Shown piece after piece: positions 33,878 through 43,017 of a stretch of DNA of 64,000 bases. The position numbers and the translations under genes are program-made. The notes beneath the pieces are model-generated. The model was not told the origin of the DNA and made no database searches. It was given only the letters and a program-made list of their open reading frames with translations. Position 1 is the first letter of the stretch. Each line of letters starts with the position of its first letter. This DNA comes from an uncultured Candidatus Rokubacteria bacterium (GTDB taxonomy: Bacteria; Methylomirabilota; Methylomirabilia; Rokubacteriales; DASRDR01): contig CAWDVE010000010.1 of assembly GCA_963805625.1 (NCBI GenBank), forward strand, positions 1,728,001 to 1,792,000. The letters are read 5' to 3'.

Positions 33878-33907
33878 CGGGGGCTACGGTGTGCGCCGTA
33901 ACCCCCG
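33878..33907 (-). terminator. Hairpin immediately 3' of tRNA fragment 1
   Basis: CGGGGGTTACGG/CCGTAGCCCCCG stem; homologues at 39835-39865 and 51691-51726. Confidence 0.6.
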
Positions 33908-33915
33908 ATGGCCGT

Positions 33916-33960
33916 TGGAGCGGCCGACCGGAATCGAACCGGCGATGTCCAGCTTGGGAA
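33916..33960 (-). repeat. 3' half of tRNA-Gly(CCC), att core copy 1 (2 mismatches to copies 2 and 3)
   Basis: Minus strand TTCCCAAGCTGGACATCGCCGGTTCGATTCCGGTCGGCCGCTCCA: anticodon loop, T-arm and CCA; no 5' half. Confidence 0.9.
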
Positions 33961-34090
33961 TTTCCTTGCGGTCACCTCACGTCATGTCACTTCCCCTCAG
34001 AATTCATCACTTTCGGCCACCTTCACGATCCCCGGATCTCACGTCTTGTCATTCCTTCTCACGCCATTCGGGCAGCATCTTGGGCAGCAG
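33961..34090. repeat. att arm with 10-bp-phased TCAC repeats and 2x GGGCAGCA
   Basis: Aligns with 39918-40033 and partly with 51777-51810. Confidence 0.8.
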
Positions 34091-34526
34091 TCGCTGAGCG
34101 TCGCGTCAAGCAGGACACGTGCGTCGGAACCTCGGGGTGGCTCAATGTCGGATCGCCCGCGTCCAGAGCACTGTCGCGGATCCTGTGGTGTCCCACATTC
34201 TGACCGCATCCTCGTAAGGGCGCCCCGGCTCACCGCCACGAGTGATCCCCGCGGGCGAGCGTGACGGCTGGGCTGCTTTGATACCGTCCAAGACGTCCCC
34301 CTGCAATCCATCATACGAAGGCGGCCTCCTCCCCAGCGAGGAGGCTGCTCACTTTTGCACACCCCCTGACCAGGCGCGTTGCGAACCAGCCTCGGCGGGA
34401 GGCGCCCTTCACTGGCGACGCGCCCTGTTGTAGTCTTTCGGCTCGATAGCCCGACATCACGCCGGCAGTCTGGCCGTCGCGAGATGGAAGCGTCATGAAA
34501 GTGCGCTAACGGTGGTACGACGGGCA

Positions 34527-37500
34527 ATGGAGATACAGCCACCTCGAGGCCTGTGGTTCTCGCCCTTTCGGCTCGATCCGGATAATGCGCTGCTGTGGCG
34601 AGGCTCGGCAGAAATTCACCTGACACCCAAGGCCTTCGCCGTGCTGCACTGCCTCGTTGAGCGCCACGGCCAGCTTGTCACTAAGGACGTGTTGCTCGAG
34701 CGCGTCTGGCCCGGGACCGTGGTGGGCGACGCAGTGCTCAAGGTCTGCGTTCGGGAGATCCGGAAGGCTCTCGGCGATGAGGTCGGCGCACCCCGGTTCG
34801 TGGCCACGGTGCACCGTCGGGGGTACCGGTTCATCGCCGACGTCACCGACGTCGACCCGCGACCGCCGCGCGGTGAGGCGCCGGGGGGGTCGGCGGCGGC
34901 CGCCGCCCTCAGCAGCCGCGCCGGCTATCGCGGCCCGGCCCACTTCGTGGGCCGGGAGACGGCTTTGGGCAAGCTCCGGACAGGGCTCGATGCGGCGTGG
35001 CGCGGCGTGCGACAGATCGTCTTCGTGACCGGCGAGCCTGGCATCGGCAAGACGGGTGTGGTCGAGGCCTTTCTCGAGCGCGTCGCCTCCGACCCGCGCG
35101 TCTGGATCGCGCGAGGCCAGTGCGTCGAGACGTACGGGACTCAGGAACCATATCTGTCGCTGCTCGATGCCCTCGGCCGGCTGTGCCGCGAGACTGGGGG
35201 CGACTGGCTGGTCACCCTCTTGCGGCAGCATGCGCCCACCTGGCTGGTGCAGATGCCATGGCTCCTCGGTCCCGCCGACCGCGACGCGCTGCACCGGGAG
35301 TTGCTGGGCGCCACGCAAGAGCGCATGCTGCGCGAGATCGCCGAAGCGGTCGAGGCGCTGACTGCGGAAGCGCCTCTGGTCGTGGTCCTCGAAGACCTGC
35401 ACTGGAGTGACCCGGCGACCGTCGATCTGGTCTCACTCTTGGCGCGGCGCCCGCAGCCGGCGCGGTTGCTCCTGATCGGTACGTATCGTCCAGTCGATCT
35501 GATCGTCCGCCAGCACCCCCTCAAGGAAGTCAAGCTCGAGTTGCAGGCCGCCGGGCGATGCCAGGAAGTGTCGCTCGAGTTACTGGGTGTGGCCGCGGTG
35601 GCCGACTACCTGCGGGAACGTTTCGCCCACAACGCCTTCCCGTCAGGACTGGCGCAGGTCATCAGCCGGCGGACCGAGGGCAATCCGCTCTTCATGGTGA
35701 GCGTGATCGACGACCTCGTCGGGCGCGGACTGATCGCCATGCGCGACGACCGGTGGGAACTCCGCGCGGGGCTGGAGGAGGTCGAGGTCAGCGTGCCGGA
35801 GAGCCTGCGCCAGATGATCGAGCGGCGGATCGAGCAGCTCGGCGGCGAGGAGCGCCGCATCCTGGCGGCGGGCAGCGTGGCCGGCATGGAGTTCTCGGCG
35901 GCCTCGGTGGCGGCGGCCCTGAACCAAATGACGGCCGAGGTGGAGGAGCGGTGCGACGAGCTGGCGCGGCGGCAACTCTTCATCCGTTCGCTCGGAGCAC
36001 GCGAGTGGCCGGACCGGACGGTGGCGTCGAGCTACGGGTTCATGCATGCCCTGCATCAGAACGCGCTCTATCAGGGCATCACGCCGACGCGACGGCGGCA
36101 CTTGCACCAGGCGATCGGCGAGCGGGAGGAGATCGGCCACAGCGACCGGAGGGGGGATATCGCCGGCGCGCTCGCCGTGCACTTCCAGCAAGCGGGCGAT
36201 GACCGGCGAGCCGTGCGGTACCTGGCGGAGGCGGCGGACACGGCGAGTCGCCGACACGCCAACGCCGAGGCGGTCGGGTACGTCGCGCGCGCGCTCGAGA
36301 TCGCCGAGCGGTTACCGGACGGCGAGCGCGTGGCCTCGCACCTGGGGCTGCTCAAGCAGCTCGGCCTCCTCCGCCGCGCCATGGGCGACGTGCGCGGTTC
36401 GATTGAGGACTTCACGGCGCGCGCCCGCTACGCGCGGGAGCACGGCCGCGGCGATGAGGAGGTGCGGGCACTGTTGGAGCTGGGCGGCGCCCTCTCCTGG
36501 GTCGATCGCGACCGTAGCCTGGCCGCTGTCGAGCAGGCCCTCGCCCTCGTGCCTCAACTGCGTGACAAGGCATTGCAGGCGCACGTCAATGGTTCCCTCG
36601 CGTTCCAGCGCATCCTCTCGCGCGGATGGCGGGACGAGGACGCCAAGACGTGCCGTCTTTCGTTGGACATCGTGCGGCGCACCGGTGAGCGACGGCATCT
36701 CAGCCTACACGTTGGCCGCTATGCACTTCTGCAGAGCCACCGGTCGGAGTACCGGGCAGCGTGCCGCACGGCGGAGCAAGGCCTGCGGCTGGCGGTGGAG
36801 GTGCGCGACGCCTATCACTACATGACCGCTCAGTTCTATCGCGCGTGGGCGTTGCTGCATCTCGGGCAATGGGGGGAGCTGCGGCGCGTCCTCCGCGACG
36901 GACTCGAGATGGCGGAGCGCAACGGCCATCACCTGTGGGCGCGGGCATTCCGATTCCACACGGCATGGCTGCTCACGCACGCGGGTGACTTCGCGAGGGC
37001 TCGTGCGCTCTGCGAGCAGGAGCGGCAGCCCGGTGAGGAAGTCCAGCTGGGGGAGAACCTGGGCTCGATCGTCCTCGGGTTCGCCAATGTCGGGTCGAGC
37101 CGGTTCCCCGAAGCCCTGCGCGCCTTCAAGGAGGTCACCGGCCGGTTCGACAGCGGACCGGTCCTGATGGACTGGATCCTCAACATGCCGCTGCGTCTAG
37201 GACTGGGAGAGTACTGGCTCGTGCGCCGACAGTTCGGGCGGGCCCGCGAAGAGATGAAGGAGCTGTGTCGGCTCGCCACCGCCCCGGGTGAGCGCACGTA
37301 CCTCGCCCTCGGTCATCAGGGCCTGGCCGAGGCGGCTCTGGGCGAGGGCGACCGAGCCATGGCCGAACGCGAGGTGGCCGAGGCCCTCCGCGTGCTCGAC
37401 GGGTTCGAGGCGCCGGTGGCGGCGTGGCGAGTCTGCGCCACCGCCGCGCGTGTCGAGGAGGCACGTGGGAGCCTGTTGAGAGCGAAGGCCTACTGGGGGC

Positions 37501-37703
37501 GAGGTGCCGCGGTGCTCGAACGACTGGCAACCTGCCTAGAGGATGACGGCGATCTGTACCACTCCTTCCTGGCCCAACCCGCGGTTGAGGCCGTGCGCCG
37601 GAACGCGAAACGCTCGGCCGACGATGCGCCGGCAAAGAGCCTAGCCCCAGGCCGCGGCGGCCGGCGCCCCGGCTCGTCACGCCGCCGTCAGCGTCTGCCG
37701 TAG
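34527..37703 (+). CDS. Winged-helix (OmpR/CadC-type) + AAA/STAND ATPase + TPR-like transcriptional regulator
   Basis: LTPKAFAVL..EIRKALGD..FVATVHRRGYRF; FVGRE, GEPGIGKT, VLEDLHWSD, TEGNPLF. Confidence 0.92.
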   Translation: MEIQPPRGLWFSPFRLDPDNALLWRGSAEIHLTPKAFAVLHCLVERHGQLVTKDVLLERVWPGTVVGDAVLKVCVREIRKALGDEVGAPRFVATVHRRGYRFIADVTDVDPRPPRGEAPGGSAAAAALSSRAGYRGPAHFVGRETALGKLRTGLDAAWRGVRQIVFVTGEPGIGKTGVVEAFLERVASDPRVWIARGQCVETYGTQEPYLSLLDALGRLCRETGGDWLVTLLRQHAPTWLVQMPWLLGPADRDALHRELLGATQERMLREIAEAVEALTAEAPLVVVLEDLHWSDPATVDLVSLLARRPQPARLLLIGTYRPVDLIVRQHPLKEVKLELQAAGRCQEVSLELLGVAAVADYLRERFAHNAFPSGLAQVISRRTEGNPLFMVSVIDDLVGRGLIAMRDDRWELRAGLEEVEVSVPESLRQMIERRIEQLGGEERRILAAGSVAGMEFSAASVAAALNQMTAEVEERCDELARRQLFIRSLGAREWPDRTVASSYGFMHALHQNALYQGITPTRRRHLHQAIGEREEIGHSDRRGDIAGALAVHFQQAGDDRRAVRYLAEAADTASRRHANAEAVGYVARALEIAERLPDGERVASHLGLLKQLGLLRRAMGDVRGSIEDFTARARYAREHGRGDEEVRALLELGGALSWVDRDRSLAAVEQALALVPQLRDKALQAHVNGSLAFQRILSRGWRDEDAKTCRLSLDIVRRTGERRHLSLHVGRYALLQSHRSEYRAACRTAEQGLRLAVEVRDAYHYMTAQFYRAWALLHLGQWGELRRVLRDGLEMAERNGHHLWARAFRFHTAWLLTHAGDFARARALCEQERQPGEEVQLGENLGSIVLGFANVGSSRFPEALRAFKEVTGRFDSGPVLMDWILNMPLRLGLGEYWLVRRQFGRAREEMKELCRLATAPGERTYLALGHQGLAEAALGEGDRAMAEREVAEALRVLDGFEAPVAAWRVCATAARVEEARGSLLRAKAYWGRGAAVLERLATCLEDDGDLYHSFLAQPAVEAVRRNAKRSADDAPAKSLAPGRGGRRPGSSRRRQRLP

Positions 37704-38126
37704 CCCTCTCGGGCTGGGGAGCGTCGCAAGGGGCGCGACGGTCAGGTGACCGGTGGCGGGAGGCGAGCACGCCCGGGCCGCAGATGCTCGCCGGGGGCGG
37801 TCATCCCGAGCCGCTACAGTCGCCGCCCGGAGTCTCCGGGCGTCTGTGTTTGCGCGCCCAGGATCCGCCTGGCCGCCGTGCAGTGCGGAAGCGTCGCAGA
37901 TCGGAGGTGGAGCGTCTCCGACGCAATACGGCATTCACTAATTCCACCCTTGCTGACCAGGCGATCGGCCCTGGCTCCGAAAGGTCTACAGCACCGCCAA
38001 CGAATTTGGTGTGAGCGCCGTGTCCGCTCGCCCGATGAGCCGCGGTAGACCCGCGGTCGAGATTGCCATCCGTCTCCACGCCAGCGCCATTCCAGCCCGA
38101 CCAGGATAGCCGTGACACCCAGCTTC

Positions 38127-38165
38127 CTTACCCGATTCTAACCGAAACCTTACGCGGTCCTCATG
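38127..38165 (+). promoter_or_regulatory. Four direct repeats at 11-bp period (wHTH-type binding array)
   Basis: CTTACC-N5-CTAACC-N5-CTTACG-N5-CTCATG. Confidence 0.65.
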
Positions 38166-38224
38166 ACGGGGCCGCACGGGTTCCCTACCCTCGACGTCGA
38201 GTGCAATGACCAGAGAGAGCCCGA

Positions 38225-38446
38225 GTGACGCCCGCTGACGAGACCCGACGCGCGCTACCCGTGGAACGGGCGTTCGTCGTGCACCTGCGACCGGAGGCGC
38301 TCCCCGAGGAGGGGCTACTGGTGGGCCGCGTCGAGCACGTCGTGTCCGGCCGGAGCGAGCATTTCGATTCGCTGCCCGAGTTGCTCGCCTTCCTAGGCCG
38401 GACGGTGAGGGTAGCAGAGGGGCTCTGCTTCAAGGAAGCGAGGTGA
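38225..38446 (+). CDS. Small hypothetical protein (GRVEHV.SG motif)
   Basis: RAFVVHL..GRVEHVVSGRSEHFDSLPELLAFL. Confidence 0.75.
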   Translation: MTPADETRRALPVERAFVVHLRPEALPEEGLLVGRVEHVVSGRSEHFDSLPELLAFLGRTVRVAEGLCFKEAR

Positions 38447-38519
38447 GGGAACCAACGCGGGCCGACGTAATGACGCCACGTCCTCTTCACCACTCACACA
38501 GAGAGAGGAGCTTGCAACC

Positions 38520-39317
38520 ATGAAGAAGCAGATGGTCTTGTCCACCGTAGCCGCCGTTGGCGCGCTGTCGGTTCTGCTGTCACTCCCGGTTCGCCAGGCA
38601 CACGCACAAGCGGTATACCAGGCCGCCGGGCCGACCGCGGCCTCGATTCAGAGCACGGTGGACGAATTCCGTGATGCCCTGGGAGACAACCACGGCAACG
38701 TGGCGCAGCATTTCGACGGAGGTCGCCGCGAGATCAACTGGGACGGTAACCCTACGACGGACGTGACAACACCCCCGATCACGCCGTTCAACACGTTCCT
38801 GAACAGCCGCGGCGCTCAGTTCACCACGCCGGGGACCGGCCTTTCCCAGGCCCCTCCATCGGGCGGCCCTCAGGGCGGCCTTGCCGTGCTCTTCGACAAT
38901 CCCGCTTACGCCACCACCTTCAGCACGTTCAGCGCCCCGCGCCTGTTCACGCCGGTAGGCAGCCGGATCACCGAGGCCTTGTTCTTCGAGGCCGGCACCA
39001 ATGGAGCGAACCCGGCTGCGGTGACTGGCTTCGGCGCGGTCTTCACGGACGTTGACGGGCCGGAAGCGGGAAAGTCGGAGAAGCATAGTACCCGGATCGA
39101 GTACTTCGACGCCGATGGCCATCGGCTCTTCACCGGGCTCGTCCCGGCCTCGCCTGGCGATGGGACCTTCTCCTTCTTCGGCATCGTGTTCGACGACCCG
39201 CGCATCGCTCGGGTGCGGATCACGACCGGCGACTCGCGCCCGGGCCCGGATGACGATAAGAAGGACATCGTCATGATGGATGACTTCATCTACGGTGAGC
39301 CGCAACCTTTGCCATGA
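38520..39317 (+). CDS. Secreted hypothetical protein
   Basis: GAGGAG RBS; signal peptide ending AHA/QA; RREINWDG, GFGAVFTDVD, MDDFIYGEP. Confidence 0.85.
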   Translation: MKKQMVLSTVAAVGALSVLLSLPVRQAHAQAVYQAAGPTAASIQSTVDEFRDALGDNHGNVAQHFDGGRREINWDGNPTTDVTTPPITPFNTFLNSRGAQFTTPGTGLSQAPPSGGPQGGLAVLFDNPAYATTFSTFSAPRLFTPVGSRITEALFFEAGTNGANPAAVTGFGAVFTDVDGPEAGKSEKHSTRIEYFDADGHRLFTGLVPASPGDGTFSFFGIVFDDPRIARVRITTGDSRPGPDDDKKDIVMMDDFIYGEPQPLP

Positions 39318-39395
39318 GCGACGCGGCGGTGGAGCGGCCCAACAGGAGCTCGGGCGACTCCTGACGTTGGACCCCGCCTCTTATCCGACAGGCCT

Positions 39396-39420
39396 GGAGG
39401 GGGGCACTCTGCCCCCCTCC
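39396..39420. repeat. Perfect 11-bp-stem hairpin (REP-like or terminator)
   Basis: GGAGGGGGGCA-CTC-TGCCCCCCTCC. Confidence 0.6.
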
Positions 39421-39872
39421 CCCCTGCTTTCGGCGTCACTCCGGGCTTCCCCGCAGAACGCAGCGAGCCTCGAATCGGAAGGGGGAAGCACTGCTTTCGT
39501 ACCGTCCAAAGCCCCCCCGCAACCATGAACGGCACACAGTCCTCCGGCTGACGACGGCGTTGCTGCTCATCGAGCACGGAGCGTTCGACTTCGCCATGTA
39601 CAAGGACTGGAGTGGCTACGCCGCGACAATCGGGAGCAGCCCATTCTTGCTCGCTCACCATCCGCTCCGTCCCTTCGCCGCTGGTTCGAATGCGCCCGAC
39701 AGCGACGTCCAACCTCGAGTCTGGACGTCGCAGGTCGAGGGAGCTGCCCAAACGAGCTCATCTGCATGGGATCTCATTGGAAGCATGGGCGAAATTCGGT
39801 GTGAACGCAGGCGCAAAAGCAGCAGCAACGCGAACGCGGAGCTGCAGGTGCGCTGCAACCCCGCGTCGTCGT

Positions 39873-39917
39873 TGGAGCGGGCGACCGGAATCGAACCGGC
39901 GACGTCCAGCTTGGGAA
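39873..39917 (-). repeat. 3' half of tRNA-Gly(CCC), att core copy 2
   Basis: TTCCCAAGCTGGACGTCGCCGGTTCGATTCCGGTCGCCCGCTCCA; identical to copy 3. Confidence 0.92.
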
Positions 39918-40085
39918 TTTTCTTGCGTGGTCTCACGAAATGTCACTTGCCATCAGAATTCATCACTTGCGCCCATCGGCCCGATCCCGCGATCTCACAC
40001 CTTGTCACTCCTTCTCACGCCAGTTGGGCAGCAGCCGCCGGACGCCGCGTCATGCTGCCTAGTCGGCCCTCCACCGCTCCGTCCC

Positions 40086-40874
40086 TCACCTCATGCTTTC
40101 CCGCACGTCGACCAGCACCTGGTCGTAGACGCCGAGACGGACGAAGCCCAGGCGGGGAAACTCGAGATCGAGGATGACGGCCAGGGAAAGCGCCATGGTG
40201 GCCGCGAAGGCCGCCATGTGAACCCAGTTCCGCCCCCGACCCGCCGCCATACTGTGCCCGGAGAGCAGGGAGCTCACGAGCATCAGCGCGATGAGCATGG
40301 CGTAGATGATGCCCGGGGGGTGCGTCTGGGCGGCGACGGTCCGGGTGGTGGCGATGTCGATCATCGCGTTGAGAGCGGGAAGAACCAGCATCCGCGTGGG
40401 CTGGGAGCCCTCGCGTTGGCTAACGGCGACGGCCTGGGTCCAGATCTCTCCCTGCAGTGCCGCGGCCCGGGCCAGCTCCGCCCTCGCCGCCGAGACGTCC
40501 GGGAGGGCTCGGTACGCCGCGAGTCGCGCGTCGACGTATTGCCGGAACTTCTCCCGAAGCGCCGGCTGGGCCTCGGGCGGAAGCACGGCGAGCCGCAGGT
40601 AGGCGGTGCCGATCGCGTTGGCTTCCTCGACGACGAGCTGGCGCCTTGCATCCCATCGCGACGCGGCGCCCGAAAACGTGAACGCGATCAGGAGCCCCAG
40701 GAGGGCGAAGACCGCGCCGTCCATCACGCCGACCTCCGCCCGTGCCCCCTGAGGATCACCCGCCGCGCGCCATCGGCCGATACCGCGGCCGATCTCCAGG
40801 AAGAGGAGCATGCCGACGAACACGCCGACAGTCAAAGACAAGCCCAGAAGCACGGAGTGCCGGTACGCCATCAC
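40086..40874 (-). CDS. DUF4239/bestrophin-like membrane protein
   Basis: LLGLLIAFTFSGA..RRQLVVEEANAIGTAYLR; ILDLEFPRLGFVR. Confidence 0.85.
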   Translation of the reverse strand: MMAYRHSVLLGLSLTVGVFVGMLLFLEIGRGIGRWRAAGDPQGARAEVGVMDGAVFALLGLLIAFTFSGAASRWDARRQLVVEEANAIGTAYLRLAVLPPEAQPALREKFRQYVDARLAAYRALPDVSAARAELARAAALQGEIWTQAVAVSQREGSQPTRMLVLPALNAMIDIATTRTVAAQTHPPGIIYAMLIALMLVSSLLSGHSMAAGRGRNWVHMAAFAATMALSLAVILDLEFPRLGFVRLGVYDQVLVDVRESMR

Positions 40875-41169
40875 GGAGACGAGAGGCGGCTCGCCAAACC
40901 GGCTGCACGTGTCGCAGCGCGAAGGTCATCAAGGGCCGCTCGTTTCATGGTCTCCTCTCGTGGCGAGGGCGGTTTCATCGGCTCTGCCAACGGTTCTATG
41001 CCGGGTACCGAACGCAGGCTTCAATAGGGGGCGCAGCGCCTCACTGGATCGCCTGGTGCGATGCGCGTTGGTACGTTCCGGAGCGCCTCGGCTGTGAACG
41101 GCCTCCGCGCGGGCCGCCTCCTCGACCACGTCGTCGGCCAGCGCGCTTCACGAACGAACGCCTGGCATT

Positions 41170-41427
41170 ACTGCGCGTTGTTCTTGGCGTCTTGAGTCTT
41201 CTGCTGAAGAAACTGCTCCTCCGCGGTCGTCCGCCCCGGCAAGATCAGCTTGGGCGACTGGGGCTGATAGCACGTCTGCTGGCTTGCCCACATCTGGCAC
41301 TGCTGCTGGTTGACGACCTCTTGCTCCGGGCTCTGCCCCTGCGTCGGGTACACAAGGCCACGACCACCGCCGTGCTGAGGATGCGCGCGGTGTCCCTGGC
41401 CCATGTCCTCGATGGCGGCCGCGCCAT
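41170..41427 (-). pseudogene. Fragment of an exported protein (YPxQGQSxEQ motif)
   Basis: Signal-like start, then VYPTQGQSPEQ..QCQMWASQQT in another frame. Confidence 0.45.
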
Positions 41428-41531
41428 GTTCAGGATGGTTCGTCCACCTCCGGTGGAGGCAGGGTGAGCCAGCGACCCGCGTACAGTCCTCCATGATAGA
41501 CTGTGGGACTAAGTAAAACGAGTCGAGTGAG

Positions 41532-41762
41532 TTGACCACGACCAAGACCGTATTCACCGCCGTCCTCGAACGGGAAGGCGACGTCTATGTCGGGCTGTGC
41601 CCCGAACTCGACATCGCCAGCCAAGGGGCGACGATCGAAGAGGCCGCCGCGAACCTCCGGGAAGCAGTAGTCTTGTTCCTGGAGACGGCCGACTCCCGAG
41701 AGATCACCCACCGGTTGCGGTCTGGCGTGTTCGTGACGACGTTCGACGTCGTCGATGGGTAG
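41532..41762 (+). CDS. hicB: HicB-family antitoxin
   Basis: FTAVLEREGDVYVGLCPELDIASQGATIEEAAANLREAVVLFLE. Confidence 0.88.
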   Translation: MTTTKTVFTAVLEREGDVYVGLCPELDIASQGATIEEAAANLREAVVLFLETADSREITHRLRSGVFVTTFDVVDG

Positions 41763-41981
41763 ACTGCGGGTCCTCTCCGGCCGCGAAGCCTGCCGCATCC
41801 TGGAGCAACACGGATTCAGCGAGGTTCGGCGCCGAAGAAGCCACATGTCATGCAGCGTCGAACCTCCGAGGGCACGACTACGGTTCCGGTCCCGAACCAC
41901 GCCGAACTCGCCATCGGGACTCTGGCGTCAATCATCCGCCAGAGCGGCGCGCCTCGCGCGGCATTCGAGTCGCCGGAGTAG
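41755..41981 (+). pseudogene. hicA: HicA-family toxin, frameshifted
   Basis: LRVLSGREACRILEQHGF.EVRRRSH, 1-nt deletion near 41846, then MQRR..TVPVPNHAELAIGTLASIIRQSG. Confidence 0.85.
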
Positions 41982-42145
41982 CTCCCAGCCGTCACGCCGC
42001 CCTTCCTGGGGAGCGACGGAGGACCCGCCGTCCTCGGGAGATGCCTCCCAAGCCGAGGCGCACGCGATGTGACCTTGAACCCACGATAGCGCCAGGGCAT
42101 CCGGAACCCCAAGGAAACCCGGAACGAATTCATGATTCGGTGTAC

Positions 42146-42976
42146 TTAGATCGTGATCGTCCGGAACCGAAGGATGATGACGGCGAGGATGACGATGGTG
42201 AGACTGCCGAGGACCGGGTTCCCGTAGGAGCTGACCAGCACCTGCGCCCCGCCCAGGACCAACGCGGCGAGCGCGAGGTTGCCGAGCGACACCCCCGCCA
42301 CCAGGACGAGCATGAAGGCGTTGATGAGCCAGGGGACGCCGAGGTTGGGATGCACACTCACGAGTGGGGTGAGGAGCGCGCCGGCCAGGCTCGCCACGCC
42401 CGCGCCGAGGCAGAAGGTGACGAACCGGACGAGCCGCGTGTTGATGCCGAGCGCCTGCGCCAACTCCTCGTTCATGATCACCGCCTGGGCGACGACCCCG
42501 ATCTGCGTTCGTTGCATCACGAGCCAGACGAGGACGCCGAGGGCCACCGCGATCAGGAGAAGGACGAGCCGGTACTGGGAGTAGGTCACGCCGGCCACGC
42601 TGATCGGCTGCGCGATCGCGCTCTCGGCGAACCGGATCTCGCGCCCGAAGTAGAGCGTGAGGATCTGCACGACGATGATGTTGAGGCCCCAGGTGGCAAG
42701 GATCGTATCGAGCGGCCGCGCGTAGAGCGGGCGCAGGATCCGCCACTCGATCAGCGCCGCGACCGCCACCCCCATGACCGCCGCCAGGAGCAGCGCCGTC
42801 CAGGGGTTCCAGCCGGCCCAGGTCGTGAGGACCCCCGCATAGGCGCCCATGGCGAGGAACGCCCCGTGGGCGAGGTTGATGATCTTGAGGACCCCGTAGA
42901 CGACGAGGAGGCCGACCGCCACGATGTACAGCACGCCAGCCGTCGTGACGACGTCGAGCAGCTGCGTGGTGTACAT
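42146..42976 (-). CDS. Branched-chain amino acid/urea-type ABC permease (LivH/UrtB-like)
   Basis: GLLVVYGVLKIINLAHGAFLAMGAY; TILATWG. Confidence 0.9.
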   Translation of the reverse strand: MYTTQLLDVVTTAGVLYIVAVGLLVVYGVLKIINLAHGAFLAMGAYAGVLTTWAGWNPWTALLLAAVMGVAVAALIEWRILRPLYARPLDTILATWGLNIIVVQILTLYFGREIRFAESAIAQPISVAGVTYSQYRLVLLLIAVALGVLVWLVMQRTQIGVVAQAVIMNEELAQALGINTRLVRFVTFCLGAGVASLAGALLTPLVSVHPNLGVPWLINAFMLVLVAGVSLGNLALAALVLGGAQVLVSSYGNPVLGSLTIVILAVIILRFRTITI

Positions 42977-43017
42977 GGCGATCGGCCTCCCCCGGGGTCA
43001 GCTCTTTCCGTTTCCGT

